Assembly: GCA_037446635.1 (NCBI GenBank) | Contig: JBBIIG010000002.1 | Coordinates: forward strand, 175,962 to 239,961 | Length of the DNA stretch: 64,000 nucleotides | From: a bacterium | GTDB lineage: Bacteria; Zhuqueibacterota; Zhuqueibacteria; Oceanimicrobiales; Oceanimicrobiaceae | Direction: 5' to 3' | Shown: positions 20,584-29,967 of the stretch, piece by piece | How positions within the stretch are numbered: the stretch's first letter is position 1 | Layout of the letters: every line of letters starts with the position of its first letter | Position numbers and translations under genes: made by a program | The notes under the pieces: model-generated | Databases searched by the model: none | What the model was told of the DNA's origin: nothing | The model's input: the letters and a program-made list of their open reading frames with translations, nothing else

Positions 20584-23031
20584 ATGGTTGTTGCGAATAA
20601 AAAAGCGACAAACACAAAATCAGCCGCCAAGAAAAAAAACATCAAGTTGAAAAACATCTCGCTGACTCCGGAACAGATCATCCGCGATTACCGGCTGGCA
20701 TTTCAAAGCCGCGAAGCGAGTTTGATGGGCCGCCGCGAAGTGATGGGCGGCAAAGCCAAATTCGGCATCTTCGGCGACGGTAAAGAAGTGGCGCAGCTCG
20801 CCATGGCCAAAGCCTTTCGCAAAGGCGATTGGCGCTCCGGTTACTATCGCGATCAAACCCTCATGTTTGCGCTAGGGATGAGCAACCTGCACGAGTTTTT
20901 TGCGCAGCTCTACGCCCACGCCGACGTCCACGCCGACCCGGCCACCGCCGGCCGCGCCATGAACGCCCACTTCGCCACCCGCTGCCTCAACACCGACGGC
21001 GAGTGGCGCAATTTAGCAGAACGGTTCAATTCCTCGGCGGACGTCTCCCCCACCGGCTCGCAAATGCCGCGGTTGGTGGGACTGGGTTACGCTTCCCGCC
21101 TCTTTCGCGAGCTTAAAGAATTGCACGCCTTCACCCAGTTTTCGAAAAAGGGCGCCGAGATCGCCTTCGGCACCATTGGCAACGCCACCTGCGCCGAGGG
21201 CATGTTCTGGGAATCCCTCAACGCCATCGGCGTGTTGAACGCGCCCGTGCTGCTTTCCATTTGGGATGACCACTACGGCATTTCCGTTCCCAACGAGCAT
21301 CAAGTGGCCAAAAACATCTCCGAGCTGCTCGCAGGCTTTCAAAAAAATTCCAACAGTAACGGCTTCGAAATTTTTGCCGCCAAAGGTTGGGACTATCCCG
21401 AATTGGTGGCGACCTATCTCGAAGCAGAGCAGATCACCCGCAACCAGCACATCCCCACCATCATCCACGTGGTGGAATTGACGCAGCCACAGGGGCATTC
21501 CACCTCCGGCAGCCACGAGCGCTACAAGCCCGAAGATCGCTTGCGCTGGGAGATGGAATTCGACTGCATCAAAAAAATGCGCGAGTGGATGCTTGCCGAA
21601 GGTCTCGTTTCCGCCGACGAATTGGATCGAATGGAAGAAGAGGATGCGGGGCTCGTCCGCAAAGTGCGCGACGAAGCCTGGGAAGCCTACCAGTCCCCCA
21701 TTCGTCACGAAATGAACCAGGTCGTTGAAATCATCAATGAACTGACAAACGAGTCGCGCCATTCCGAACGGCTAACTGGAATAAAAAACCGGCTGCAGAG
21801 CAAGCCCTATCCCCAGCGCCGCGATCTTCTGGCTGCGGTTCGCGAAACGCTGGTGGCGCTGCGCGATGAAAGCTCGCCCGGCAAACAGAAATTAATCGAT
21901 TGGAAAAAACAACAGGAGAAAATCAATACCGAACGTTACGGCTCGCATCTGTACAGCCAGTCGAAAGAATCGGCCCTCAAAGTAGAAGAAATTAAGCCGG
22001 TTTATTCTGAGCATTCGCCCATCGTCAATGGCTTCGAGGTGCTGAACGCCTGCTTCGACGCGGCGTTGGCGCGCGAACCGCGGCTGATCGCGTTTGGCGA
22101 AGACATGGGACGGCTCGGCGACGTGAACCAGGGATTCAAAGGGCTGCAGGAAAAATACGGCGCGCTGCGAGTCTCCGACACCGGCATCCGCGAGTGCACC
22201 ATCATTGGCCAGGCGATTGGCATGGCGATGCGGGGGCTGCGGCCGTTGGCGGAAATTCAGTATCTCGATTACGTTCTCTACGCCCTGCAAATTATGTCCG
22301 ATGATCTCGCCACGCTGCACTGGCGCACCGCCGGCGGACAAAAGGCGCCGGTGATCATCCGCACCCGCGGCCATCGGCTGGAGGGCATTTGGCACGCCGG
22401 CTCGCCGATGGCTGGCATCATCCACCTCTGCCGCGGCATTCACGTGTGCGTGCCGCGCGACATGACGCGCGCGGCCGGGTTTTACAACACCCTGCTGCGC
22501 TCCGACGAACCGGGATTGGTGGTCGAAGTGTTGAACGGTTATCGTCAAAAGGAACGCATTCCGGACAACATTGCGGAATTCACGGTGCCGCTGGGTGTGC
22601 CCGAAGTGTTGAAAGAGGGAACGGATGTCACCATCGTCACCTACGGCGCCTGCTGCCGCATCGTGATGGAGGCGGCGGGGCTGCTTCAGCAAACCGGTGT
22701 GCATGCCGAAGTGATCGATGTGCAGACGCTGCTGCCGTTTGATCTTCACGGCAACATTTTGGACTCGCTGAAAAAGACCAGTCGCATCGTTTTTGTTGAT
22801 GAAGACGTGCCCGGCGGCGCCACGGCCTACATGCTGCAGGAAGTCATCGAGAAGCAGGGCGGCTACCATTTTCTTGATTCCGCGCCGCGGACGATTTCCG
22901 CAAAAGCGCATCGCCCGGCGTATGGCTCAGATGGCGATTATTTCTCGAAGCCCAACCTCGAGCAAATTTTCGAGACCGTGTATGAGATAATGCATGAAAG
23001 CAATCCACAGAAGTACCCGAAAATTTCGTAA
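20584..23031 (+). CDS. Fused 2-oxoacid dehydrogenase E1 alpha/beta (branched-chain type)
   Basis: GKAKFGIFGDGKE, GYYRDQT, GHSTSGSHERYK, DTGIRE, AEIQYLDY, RPAYGSDGDYF. Confidence 0.9.
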   Translation: MVVANKKATNTKSAAKKKNIKLKNISLTPEQIIRDYRLAFQSREASLMGRREVMGGKAKFGIFGDGKEVAQLAMAKAFRKGDWRSGYYRDQTLMFALGMSNLHEFFAQLYAHADVHADPATAGRAMNAHFATRCLNTDGEWRNLAERFNSSADVSPTGSQMPRLVGLGYASRLFRELKELHAFTQFSKKGAEIAFGTIGNATCAEGMFWESLNAIGVLNAPVLLSIWDDHYGISVPNEHQVAKNISELLAGFQKNSNSNGFEIFAAKGWDYPELVATYLEAEQITRNQHIPTIIHVVELTQPQGHSTSGSHERYKPEDRLRWEMEFDCIKKMREWMLAEGLVSADELDRMEEEDAGLVRKVRDEAWEAYQSPIRHEMNQVVEIINELTNESRHSERLTGIKNRLQSKPYPQRRDLLAAVRETLVALRDESSPGKQKLIDWKKQQEKINTERYGSHLYSQSKESALKVEEIKPVYSEHSPIVNGFEVLNACFDAALAREPRLIAFGEDMGRLGDVNQGFKGLQEKYGALRVSDTGIRECTIIGQAIGMAMRGLRPLAEIQYLDYVLYALQIMSDDLATLHWRTAGGQKAPVIIRTRGHRLEGIWHAGSPMAGIIHLCRGIHVCVPRDMTRAAGFYNTLLRSDEPGLVVEVLNGYRQKERIPDNIAEFTVPLGVPEVLKEGTDVTIVTYGACCRIVMEAAGLLQQTGVHAEVIDVQTLLPFDLHGNILDSLKKTSRIVFVDEDVPGGATAYMLQEVIEKQGGYHFLDSAPRTISAKAHRPAYGSDGDYFSKPNLEQIFETVYEIMHESNPQKYPKIS

Positions 23032-23090
23032 CACCACATTCATTCACGTGACACAACATTAATGTTATGTCACACTAAATCGGAGAACAC

Positions 23091-23765
23091 ATGGAAGTCA
23101 TTCAACATCTGATTGATCTATTTCTTCACCTCGACAAGCATCTCAGCGAGATCATCACCGAGTACGGCACCTGGACGTATCTCATTTTGTTTCTGATCAT
23201 CTTCTGCGAAACCGCCTTCGTGGTTACGCCTTTTCTTCCTGGCGATTCGTTATTGTTCGCGGCGGGAACGTTTGCGGCGCTGGGTGCCCTCGATCCCGTG
23301 TGGTTGTGCGTTTTGTTGATCATCGCTGCCGTTGCGGGCGATGCCGTCAACTATTCAATCGGGCATTTCATCGGGCCGCGCGCGTTCACCAGCAACAGCC
23401 GTTTTCTGAAAAAGGAGCACCTGCAGCGCACCCACGAGTTTTATGAAAAACACGGCGGCAAAACCATCATCATCGCGCGCTTCATTCCCATCATCCGCAC
23501 CTTTGCGCCGTTTGTCGCTGGCATCGGGGAGATGACCTATCGCAAATTTGCAACCTTTAACGTCGTGGGCGGCGTGGTGTGGGTGATTTCGTTTGTTCTG
23601 GCCGGTTACTACTTCGGCAATTTGCCGGCGGTGAAAGAGAACTTCACGTTTGTGATCGTGGCGATTATCATTATCTCGACTTTACCGGGCGTGGTGGAGT
23701 TTGTGCGGGCAAAAATGAAATCGCGCAAACAAAAAGCGGCAGCGGGCGCGGTGTTGGAGAAGTGA
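23091..23765 (+). CDS. dedA: DedA family membrane protein
   Basis: PFLPGDSLLF, ARFIPIIRTFAPFVAG. Confidence 0.92.
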   Translation: MEVIQHLIDLFLHLDKHLSEIITEYGTWTYLILFLIIFCETAFVVTPFLPGDSLLFAAGTFAALGALDPVWLCVLLIIAAVAGDAVNYSIGHFIGPRAFTSNSRFLKKEHLQRTHEFYEKHGGKTIIIARFIPIIRTFAPFVAGIGEMTYRKFATFNVVGGVVWVISFVLAGYYFGNLPAVKENFTFVIVAIIIISTLPGVVEFVRAKMKSRKQKAAAGAVLEK

Positions 23766-23788
23766 ATTTTATCAAGCAGAATATCTTA

Positions 23789-23964
23789 ATGGATCACGCG
23801 GCGGAAATGCTTAAAGCAAAGTAGCCGCCGAAGGATATCCGAATGGGGATGCATTTATCCCTTCAACGTCTTCGCGAGGCTGTGAAAGTTGGATTAATGA
23901 AATAGCCCGCGGTGAAGTCATCGAGTTTGATTTAGAGGACATTCTCAATACAGAAGCGTCGTAA
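23789..23964 (+). pseudogene. Possible degraded ParD-like (ribbon-helix-helix) antitoxin remnant
   Basis: Frameshifted fragments EMLKAKVAAEGYPN and LQRLREAVKVGL-EIARGEVIEFDLEDIL resemble ParD/CC2985 antitoxins. Confidence 0.3.
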
Positions 23965-24015
23965 CCGAAAGTCGTTTTAACTTTAACGAACAAAACTTCG
24001 ACAAACCCACTTAAC

Positions 24016-24441
24016 ATGATCTCCGTCACCGACAACCTCGTCCTCTCCGACTCCGAAATCCACATCGACTACATCCGCTCGGCCGGGCCGGGCGGGCAGA
24101 ACGTCAACAAAGTGGCGACCGCGGCGCAACTACGATTCGATGTTGCAAACTCGCCGTCTTTGCCCGAAGAGATCCGCCAGCGACTTATTCGACTTGCTGG
24201 CAAAAAAATCACCGGCGCCGGCGTGCTCATCATCACCGCGCGGCGTTTTCGCTCGCAAGAACAAAATCGCCAGGACGCCATCGACCGGCTGGCGGCGCTC
24301 ATTCGTCAAGCCGCGGAGCGCCCCAAGCCGCGGCTGAAAACTAAACCCAGCGTCGCGGTCAAGCAACGCCGCCTTGAAGCCAAACGGCAGCGGAGCCGGA
24401 TCAAACAGCGTCGTCAATTCAAACCTGTGGCGGAGGAGTAG
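24016..24441 (+). CDS. arfB: Alternative ribosome-rescue peptidyl-tRNA hydrolase
   Basis: RSAGPGGQNVNKV, RSQEQNR and basic C-terminal tail. Confidence 0.95.
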   Translation: MISVTDNLVLSDSEIHIDYIRSAGPGGQNVNKVATAAQLRFDVANSPSLPEEIRQRLIRLAGKKITGAGVLIITARRFRSQEQNRQDAIDRLAALIRQAAERPKPRLKTKPSVAVKQRRLEAKRQRSRIKQRRQFKPVAEE

Positions 24442-24472
24442 TCTGCGTTTCATGTTTACGGTTGGGAGGATT

Positions 24473-24600
24473 GGATTAATGGAGTGTTGGAGCGATGGAG
24501 TACTGGAGTGCTGTCGAGACAAGACAAATTTGTCGAGATCAGCTATCCAACAATCCATTAATCCATTAATCCATTACTCCAATACTCCATCGCTCCAAAA
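24473..24600. repeat. Octamer-periodic inverted-arm element, copy 2
   Basis: GGATTAAT-GGAGTGTT-GGAGCGAT-GGAGTACT ... ATTAATCC-ATTAATCC-ATTACTCC-AATACTCC-ATCGCTCC. Confidence 0.8.
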
Positions 24601-24614
24601 ACCCGATAGTGTAG

Positions 24615-25838
24615 ATGACTTCAAACGTTAGATTTGTCCCCGTGTTGAGCCAATATAAAATCGCCTACATTTCCGACCAGCAGTTTCCCATCGCCAAAGC
24701 GGATTCTGAGCAAGTGATGAACACCGTCAGCGCGCTGGCCGCCGAGGGGGTGAGCATCCCGCTCATCATTCCAAAATCGTGGCGTAATTTAAACGTCGCC
24801 AAAGAGGAGCGGCTGCAAACGCTGCGGGATTTTTATCATCTGAGCAACGGCTTTGACTTCCACGAATTGCTGCACCTGCCGCTGAGCAAACTGCGCTTGG
24901 AGAAGTATTCCCACGGCGTCATCGCGCCGCTGTGGGCCAAGCGCGCGGGCTACGAGATCATTTACACCCGCAACCCGCTGCCGGCATTCGTCTCGGTGAA
25001 ATTGGGAATGAAAACAATTTATGAAACCTATCGCATTTACGGCGGCCGCAACCAGGGACTGGGAAAGTGGCTGGCGAGGCAAACTCACGGCGACCAGCTG
25101 CTGGGCATCATCACCCACTCGCAGCCATCGAAAGATTCTTTATTGCAATTGGGGGCGCTGGAGGACAAGATCGCTGTCATTCACAACGGCTTTAACGACG
25201 CGCTCTATGCGGAACCGTTGACGAAAATCGAGGCGCGGCGAATTTTGAATTTAGACGAAACCCAAAACATCGCCTGTTTTTCCGGGCGACTGGATCGCGA
25301 GAAAGGCGTGGATGCCCTGGTGCAATTGGCTGCCAAAACACCGGAGGTCAATTTCTATTTCATCGGGAACGTTCAGAAGGATGCCGATGATTGGATCGAA
25401 AAAATGGCCGCCGAAAAAAATCTGCGCAACGTTCACCGCCTGCCGTGGATGAATTTGGGGAAGCTGCGCTACTACCTGTTCGCGGCCGATGTTTTACTAA
25501 TCCCCCCCACCGCGGCGCCGCTGCTAAAATTTCGCAAAACCGTTTTGCCCATCAAACTGTTTCAGTACCTGGCAGCGGGACGGGTGATCCTCGCGCCGGC
25601 GCTGCCGGACACTCAAGCGGTTTTGAATGAACGCAACGCCGTACTAGTGGCGCCGGACAATTTGGAGGCTGCCAGCGCCGGTTTGCGCCGAGTTTTTTCG
25701 GACCGCACCTGGTCCGATGCCCTGGCGCATCAGGCTCGGGAAGATTCCGAAAATTACAGCTGGAAACGCCGCGCGATGAAAATTATTTCTTTTATACACG
25801 CACGCCTGCAAGCCCCGCCCCCTACGAAATTTTATTGA
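24615..25838 (+). CDS. Glycosyltransferase family 4 (GT-B)
   Basis: HNG, SGRLDREKG, PIKLFQYLAAG. Confidence 0.82.
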   Translation: MTSNVRFVPVLSQYKIAYISDQQFPIAKADSEQVMNTVSALAAEGVSIPLIIPKSWRNLNVAKEERLQTLRDFYHLSNGFDFHELLHLPLSKLRLEKYSHGVIAPLWAKRAGYEIIYTRNPLPAFVSVKLGMKTIYETYRIYGGRNQGLGKWLARQTHGDQLLGIITHSQPSKDSLLQLGALEDKIAVIHNGFNDALYAEPLTKIEARRILNLDETQNIACFSGRLDREKGVDALVQLAAKTPEVNFYFIGNVQKDADDWIEKMAAEKNLRNVHRLPWMNLGKLRYYLFAADVLLIPPTAAPLLKFRKTVLPIKLFQYLAAGRVILAPALPDTQAVLNERNAVLVAPDNLEAASAGLRRVFSDRTWSDALAHQAREDSENYSWKRRAMKIISFIHARLQAPPPTKFY

Positions 25839-26979
25839 GCTTTTCGACTTCCTCAAAGTAGATGGCTTCTAATTCCGCCATTTGATTTTTAATATTGAAA
25901 GTTTGTTTAACTTTTTGTTGAGCCGCCCGGCCAAATTTCACTCGTAGATCCGCATTGGTCGCAAGCTCTTTTATGGCCTGGGCTAACGCTGTAATATCCC
26001 GCTCCGCCGCCAGAAAGCCGGTTTTTTTATCTTCGACGATATCTGGCAACCCACCATGATAGGTTCCTATCACCGGTACCCCACATGCCGCGGCTTCTTT
26101 GGCCACCATTAACCCGGAATCGCGATCTTGGGCGCGGGTCACGACGCTGGGGCACATCAAAATTGTGGCTTGAGTTTGAAGATGCTGACTAATTTGCTGA
26201 TGAGACTGCCTTCCCCAAAAATGCACGTGATCCGCAACCCCTAATTTTTTAGAAAGCTGCTTTAGTTGCGTTTCTAACGGTCCTTCTCCGATAACGATGA
26301 GCTTCAAATCGGGGGAATTTAATTGCCGCCGCGCCGCCGCAAAAGCCTTGATGCCATAAGCAAATCCTTTTTTTTCTACCAGCCTGCCTATCATAAAAAT
26401 GTTGATGGCTTCCGCTGTTTTTTCTCGATGGGACATTTGGAATTTTTCCAGATCGATGCCTAAATGATGGGTTTTGATTTTGTCCGCTGGACAACCTAAG
26501 TTTATTAAGCAATCCCTTAGATCATTTGAGGCAGTGAGAAATAAATTGGCATGACGAACCAACTTTTGAAACGATAGCGTGTAAAACCACCATTTCGGTT
26601 TAAAGCGCTGGCTGCCAAGTAAAATACCCACGTCGTTGCCGTGCAAACTAACAATTAGTGGAATGCTAAATTTTTTAGCGTAGGGGATGGCTAAAATGCC
26701 GCTTTGGCCAAAATGAGCGTGGATAATTTTGGGCTGGTGTTTAATAAATGCTCGCGTAACACTCGGACACTCAATTCCAGACGAAAACAAAAACCGCTCA
26801 AATCTACCAAACCCGCCAACAATATATGCTGGCTCAAATGGAAACTGCTCTTGATTGAGTTGTTTTTTGGCAAAAACTATTGGCTGGAACAATTTATAAT
26901 GAAGAAGGCTCTCGTATATAAAAGTCTCGGAATAGGGCAAGAAGATGTTGCGAAAAAGGGCTACTCTAGGTTTAGGCAT
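25822..26979 (-). CDS. Glycosyltransferase family 4 (WcaL/AmsK-like)
   Basis: SETFI, HAHFG, IGRLVEKKG, EAAACGVPVI, HGGLPDIV. Confidence 0.88.
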   Translation of the reverse strand: MPKPRVALFRNIFLPYSETFIYESLLHYKLFQPIVFAKKQLNQEQFPFEPAYIVGGFGRFERFLFSSGIECPSVTRAFIKHQPKIIHAHFGQSGILAIPYAKKFSIPLIVSLHGNDVGILLGSQRFKPKWWFYTLSFQKLVRHANLFLTASNDLRDCLINLGCPADKIKTHHLGIDLEKFQMSHREKTAEAINIFMIGRLVEKKGFAYGIKAFAAARRQLNSPDLKLIVIGEGPLETQLKQLSKKLGVADHVHFWGRQSHQQISQHLQTQATILMCPSVVTRAQDRDSGLMVAKEAAACGVPVIGTYHGGLPDIVEDKKTGFLAAERDITALAQAIKELATNADLRVKFGRAAQQKVKQTFNIKNQMAELEAIYFEEVEKLNKIS

Positions 26980-26999
26980 TTCTCTCGTCGCTGATGACG

Positions 27000-28541
27000 T
27001 TATTTTGACGGGGCAGGGTGCAGGACTCGCAAAAAATAAGACCAATCCTCTTTTTTTACCACTCCTGATAAGCGAGAAAACAACCCATAACAGAGCATGT
27101 ATGCCACAACCATCGCGGCCAAATTGATTTGGTCACCTAGATGCACCTGGAATTTTAACAACAACACCGGCAGCGCCGCCAACAGGGTGGTGGCCAACGT
27201 TTTTCCATAAAACTTAAATGGAAAAACTTGTGTCAGCGACACGCTCAGCGTACTTTTTATTTTCACAAGTGAATATCCCCAGCTAAACAGATTTGCTATC
27301 AACGCAGCCAGAGGCGGGCCAGCAAAACCGAACCCGATCACCAGTGGAATGCTTAATACTAAATTAATCACTAACAAATAGACGGCAGAATAAGAAATCA
27401 CTTTGGTTTCGCCGATGGCTTTCAGCATTGAGCTGTAAGCTGCCACGCGCTGGAGTATAATCAAAGTATAAATCCGGAACGGCACGACTGCCGCCAGATA
27501 ATTCTCCGAAAAAAACACCGCGATGAATTCCTCCGCCGCCACGATGAACAGCATTACCAGCGGCAGGACAATAATGGAAACTTTCTCGATGCTTTTGTTC
27601 CATAGCCGCAGTAGCTCGGACTTCTGCCCCTTCAAATGATACGACACCATTTGCGGCATCATCACCGAGGCGACAGAGTAAGCAATAGCCGGCAGCAGCG
27701 GAATTTCCCACGAGCCCACCACGTACTCCGAATACACCGCCACCGGCAAAAACGCCGCCACCACGTATTTGTCGATTTGGCGATTGAGTCCCCACAGAAT
27801 TTGCGAAATCCCCAACGGGATGGAATAGCGGAATTGCTCGCGCAGCATCCCTTTTGGCAGCGGCTCGAGGGGGCCGCGGAAATGCCGCAGAAACAAAAAC
27901 GCGCTGAGCGCAAATCGCAGCACGCTGTAGCCCACGAGCGCCGCGACGATCACCGACAGCGGCTGCCCCAGCAGCGCCGGCACCACCGTCGCCGCAAATT
28001 GCAGCAGGCCCACCATCACATTAAACCACGCGGAGTCTTTGGCGCGGTGAATAGCCAGCAAAAGATTGGGCAAAACGTAGGTGGGCAGATCCAAAAATGC
28101 CATGAAGATGAAGGGAAAAAACAGGCCGTTGACGTCGAAGCCCCAAGCCGGCGCGAGAAAATTCATGGCAATCAAAATCACGGAAGCGCCGAGGCCGGTA
28201 AAAAGCAGGGCTTTGCCGGTGAGCAGCGCGAGGCTTTTGCGGGCCGCGGCCGGCACGCGTTCAAAAAAATAGAAGATGCTTTCGGGCAGCCCCAATTGCG
28301 CCAGCGTCACCACCGTGGTGTAGCCCAACAACAGAAATGACAACAGGCCGAAATTTTCTTTGGAGAGTACGCGCGTGAGGATCATAATCGACAGCATCTG
28401 CGTGGCGATGGTCACTGCCCGGCTGAAGACGATGATGCCGGCTTTCTGCGACAGGCTGGTGCCATCGGACGGTGCGGGCATCTCGCGATCTGGTGCGTCT
28501 AATTCAGGTGATGGATTTGGTTCTATGGGTTGCGTTTTCAT
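27000..28541 (-). CDS. Oligosaccharide/polysaccharide flippase (Wzx/MOP family)
   Basis: ILTRVLSKENFG, LGLPESIFYF, IDKYVV and about 12-14 TM helices. The upstream ATG at 28568 lies inside a REP, so 28541 is preferred. Confidence 0.82.
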   Translation of the reverse strand: MKTQPIEPNPSPELDAPDREMPAPSDGTSLSQKAGIIVFSRAVTIATQMLSIMILTRVLSKENFGLLSFLLLGYTTVVTLAQLGLPESIFYFFERVPAAARKSLALLTGKALLFTGLGASVILIAMNFLAPAWGFDVNGLFFPFIFMAFLDLPTYVLPNLLLAIHRAKDSAWFNVMVGLLQFAATVVPALLGQPLSVIVAALVGYSVLRFALSAFLFLRHFRGPLEPLPKGMLREQFRYSIPLGISQILWGLNRQIDKYVVAAFLPVAVYSEYVVGSWEIPLLPAIAYSVASVMMPQMVSYHLKGQKSELLRLWNKSIEKVSIIVLPLVMLFIVAAEEFIAVFFSENYLAAVVPFRIYTLIILQRVAAYSSMLKAIGETKVISYSAVYLLVINLVLSIPLVIGFGFAGPPLAALIANLFSWGYSLVKIKSTLSVSLTQVFPFKFYGKTLATTLLAALPVLLLKFQVHLGDQINLAAMVVAYMLCYGLFSRLSGVVKKEDWSYFLRVLHPAPSK

Positions 28542-28553
28542 TTTAAGTAAACC

Positions 28554-28822
28554 GTAGGGGCAATTCATGAATTGCCCCTACGGGTCGACAATTTGTATCT
28601 TTAGTAGGGGGCGATTCATGAATCGCCCTACGTCCCAATTTTGCTATCTCGTGGGGGGATAATCATGAAATACCCCAGGCCCAGCTTGCTATCCCCGTAG
28701 GGGGTAATTCATGAATTACCCCCTACGCAATTTGTATTTTTGGCAGTGGCGATTTATGAATCGCCCTACTACGGCTAAACAGTTCGTAATTACGGTAGCG
28801 GTAATTCATGAATTACCCCTAC
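28554..28822. repeat. Array of six GTAG-type REP palindromes (about 48-bp period)
   Basis: GTAGGGGCAATTCATGAATTGCCCCTAC at 28554-28581, with variants at 28604, 28651 (degenerate), 28697, 28743 (degenerate) and 28795. Confidence 0.9.
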
Positions 28823-29374
28823 CCGTAACGATCAGGGTTCTCTTCATCCAATGCCCATTTGAGTGGATTGTTTTGAATATATTCACGTACCATTTTGAGA
28901 TCATCTTCATTACGAATCACGTGTTCATAGTAATTGCGTTGCCAAACGGGTACACCGGGAGTTTTTCTCAGTTCGTTAATTGCTTTGGCAGATGTCATTT
29001 TAAATCTTCCAATTATTTTTGGAATTAACATCCTTCGCCGCGCAACAATATCAGTCGGTAGGGGCGATTCATGAATCGCCCCTACCGACCCAATTGTTTG
29101 CGATTCAATGATAAGGATAATTCCATGCAGATGATTAGGCATGATGCAGGCTTCATCTAAATTCACATCCTGAAAATGATTCGGAAGTTCAGACCAATAT
29201 TTTTGAACGATTTCTCCAAACGGATTTAAATTCATTAGTTGGCCGACTATTTCTCCGAACATACATTCACGGTTGTGAGAGCAGATGGTAACAAAATAGG
29301 CTCCGGGAGAAGAATAATCGTACTCGCGTAAAACGAATAGAGCGGCGTCCAATTTTGTTTCGATTAAAATTCAT
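28819..29374 (-). mobile_element. REP-associated tyrosine transposase (RAYT/TnpA-REP, Y1 HUH); one extra base near the N-terminus
   Basis: HUH motif MPNHLHGII and WQRNYYEHVIR...EYIQNNP. The N-terminus MNFNRNKIGRRSIR joins LREYDYSSPGAYFVTIC if one A of 29330-29333 is removed. Confidence 0.88.
29058..29085. repeat. Intragenic REP palindrome inside the RAYT gene
   Basis: GTAGGGGCGATTCATGAATCGCCCCTAC, read in frame as VGAIHESPL. Confidence 0.9.
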
Positions 29375-29387
29375 ATTGCCAAAAACC

Positions 29388-29465
29388 GTAGGGGCAATTC
29401 ATGAATTGCCCCTACGGGTCGACAATTTGTATCTTTAGTAGGGGTAATTCATGAATTACCCCTAC
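29388..29465. repeat. REP doublet upstream of the RAYT gene
   Basis: Perfect palindromes at 29388-29415 and 29438-29465. Confidence 0.9.
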
Positions 29466-29967
29466 GGGTTCGCTGATAGCTTTCGAAAGCGTACCCTTCT
29501 TTTTCTTCTCTATTAATCAACTCAAACTTCTCATCAAGCAACGATCGATACTCCGGGAAAAACGCGTCGCCGTCGTAATCGCCTTTCACGATAGTCAATT
29601 CGAGACGATCGGCCAACAGCAGCGTTTCGCGATACAGGGATTCGCCGCCGATGACGAACAGAACCGGCTCGTTGACAGCGGCGGTGAATGCCTGCTCAAT
29701 TGAAGAATAAGTTTCGACTTCGGGAAACTCGGGCCAGGATTTGCCGGTGGTGAGCACTAAGTTGCGGCGCTCGGGCAGCGGCTTGCCCAATCTTTCTAAA
29801 ATCGATTCAAACGTTTTGCGCCCCATCAAAACCGCCTGGCCGAGAGTCAATTGCTTGAAACGCCGCAGGTCTTCGGAGATATGCCACGGCAGCCGGCCCG
29901 CTTTGCCAATCACGCGATTTTTTTCGGCTACTGCCGCAATGATCACAATCTCGGGACGAGACATCAC
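29449..29967 (-). CDS. folA: Dihydrofolate reductase
   Basis: VIGKAGRLPWHISEDL, MGRKTFESI, PLPERRNLVL, VIGG, GDAFFP. Confidence 0.95.
   Translation of the reverse strand: MMSRPEIVIIAAVAEKNRVIGKAGRLPWHISEDLRRFKQLTLGQAVLMGRKTFESILERLGKPLPERRNLVLTTGKSWPEFPEVETYSSIEQAFTAAVNEPVLFVIGGESLYRETLLLADRLELTIVKGDYDGDAFFPEYRSLLDEKFELINREEKEGYAFESYQRTRRGNS

Noticed and set aside
28554..28822. REP array as a CRISPR array
   Set aside because: Repeats are full palindromes with GTAG ends, linkers are short (about 16-25 nt) and related to each other, there are no cas genes, and a RAYT gene is adjacent.
28711..29028. 105-aa plus-strand ORF over the REP array
   Set aside because: It starts inside a palindrome and is antisense to the RAYT gene.
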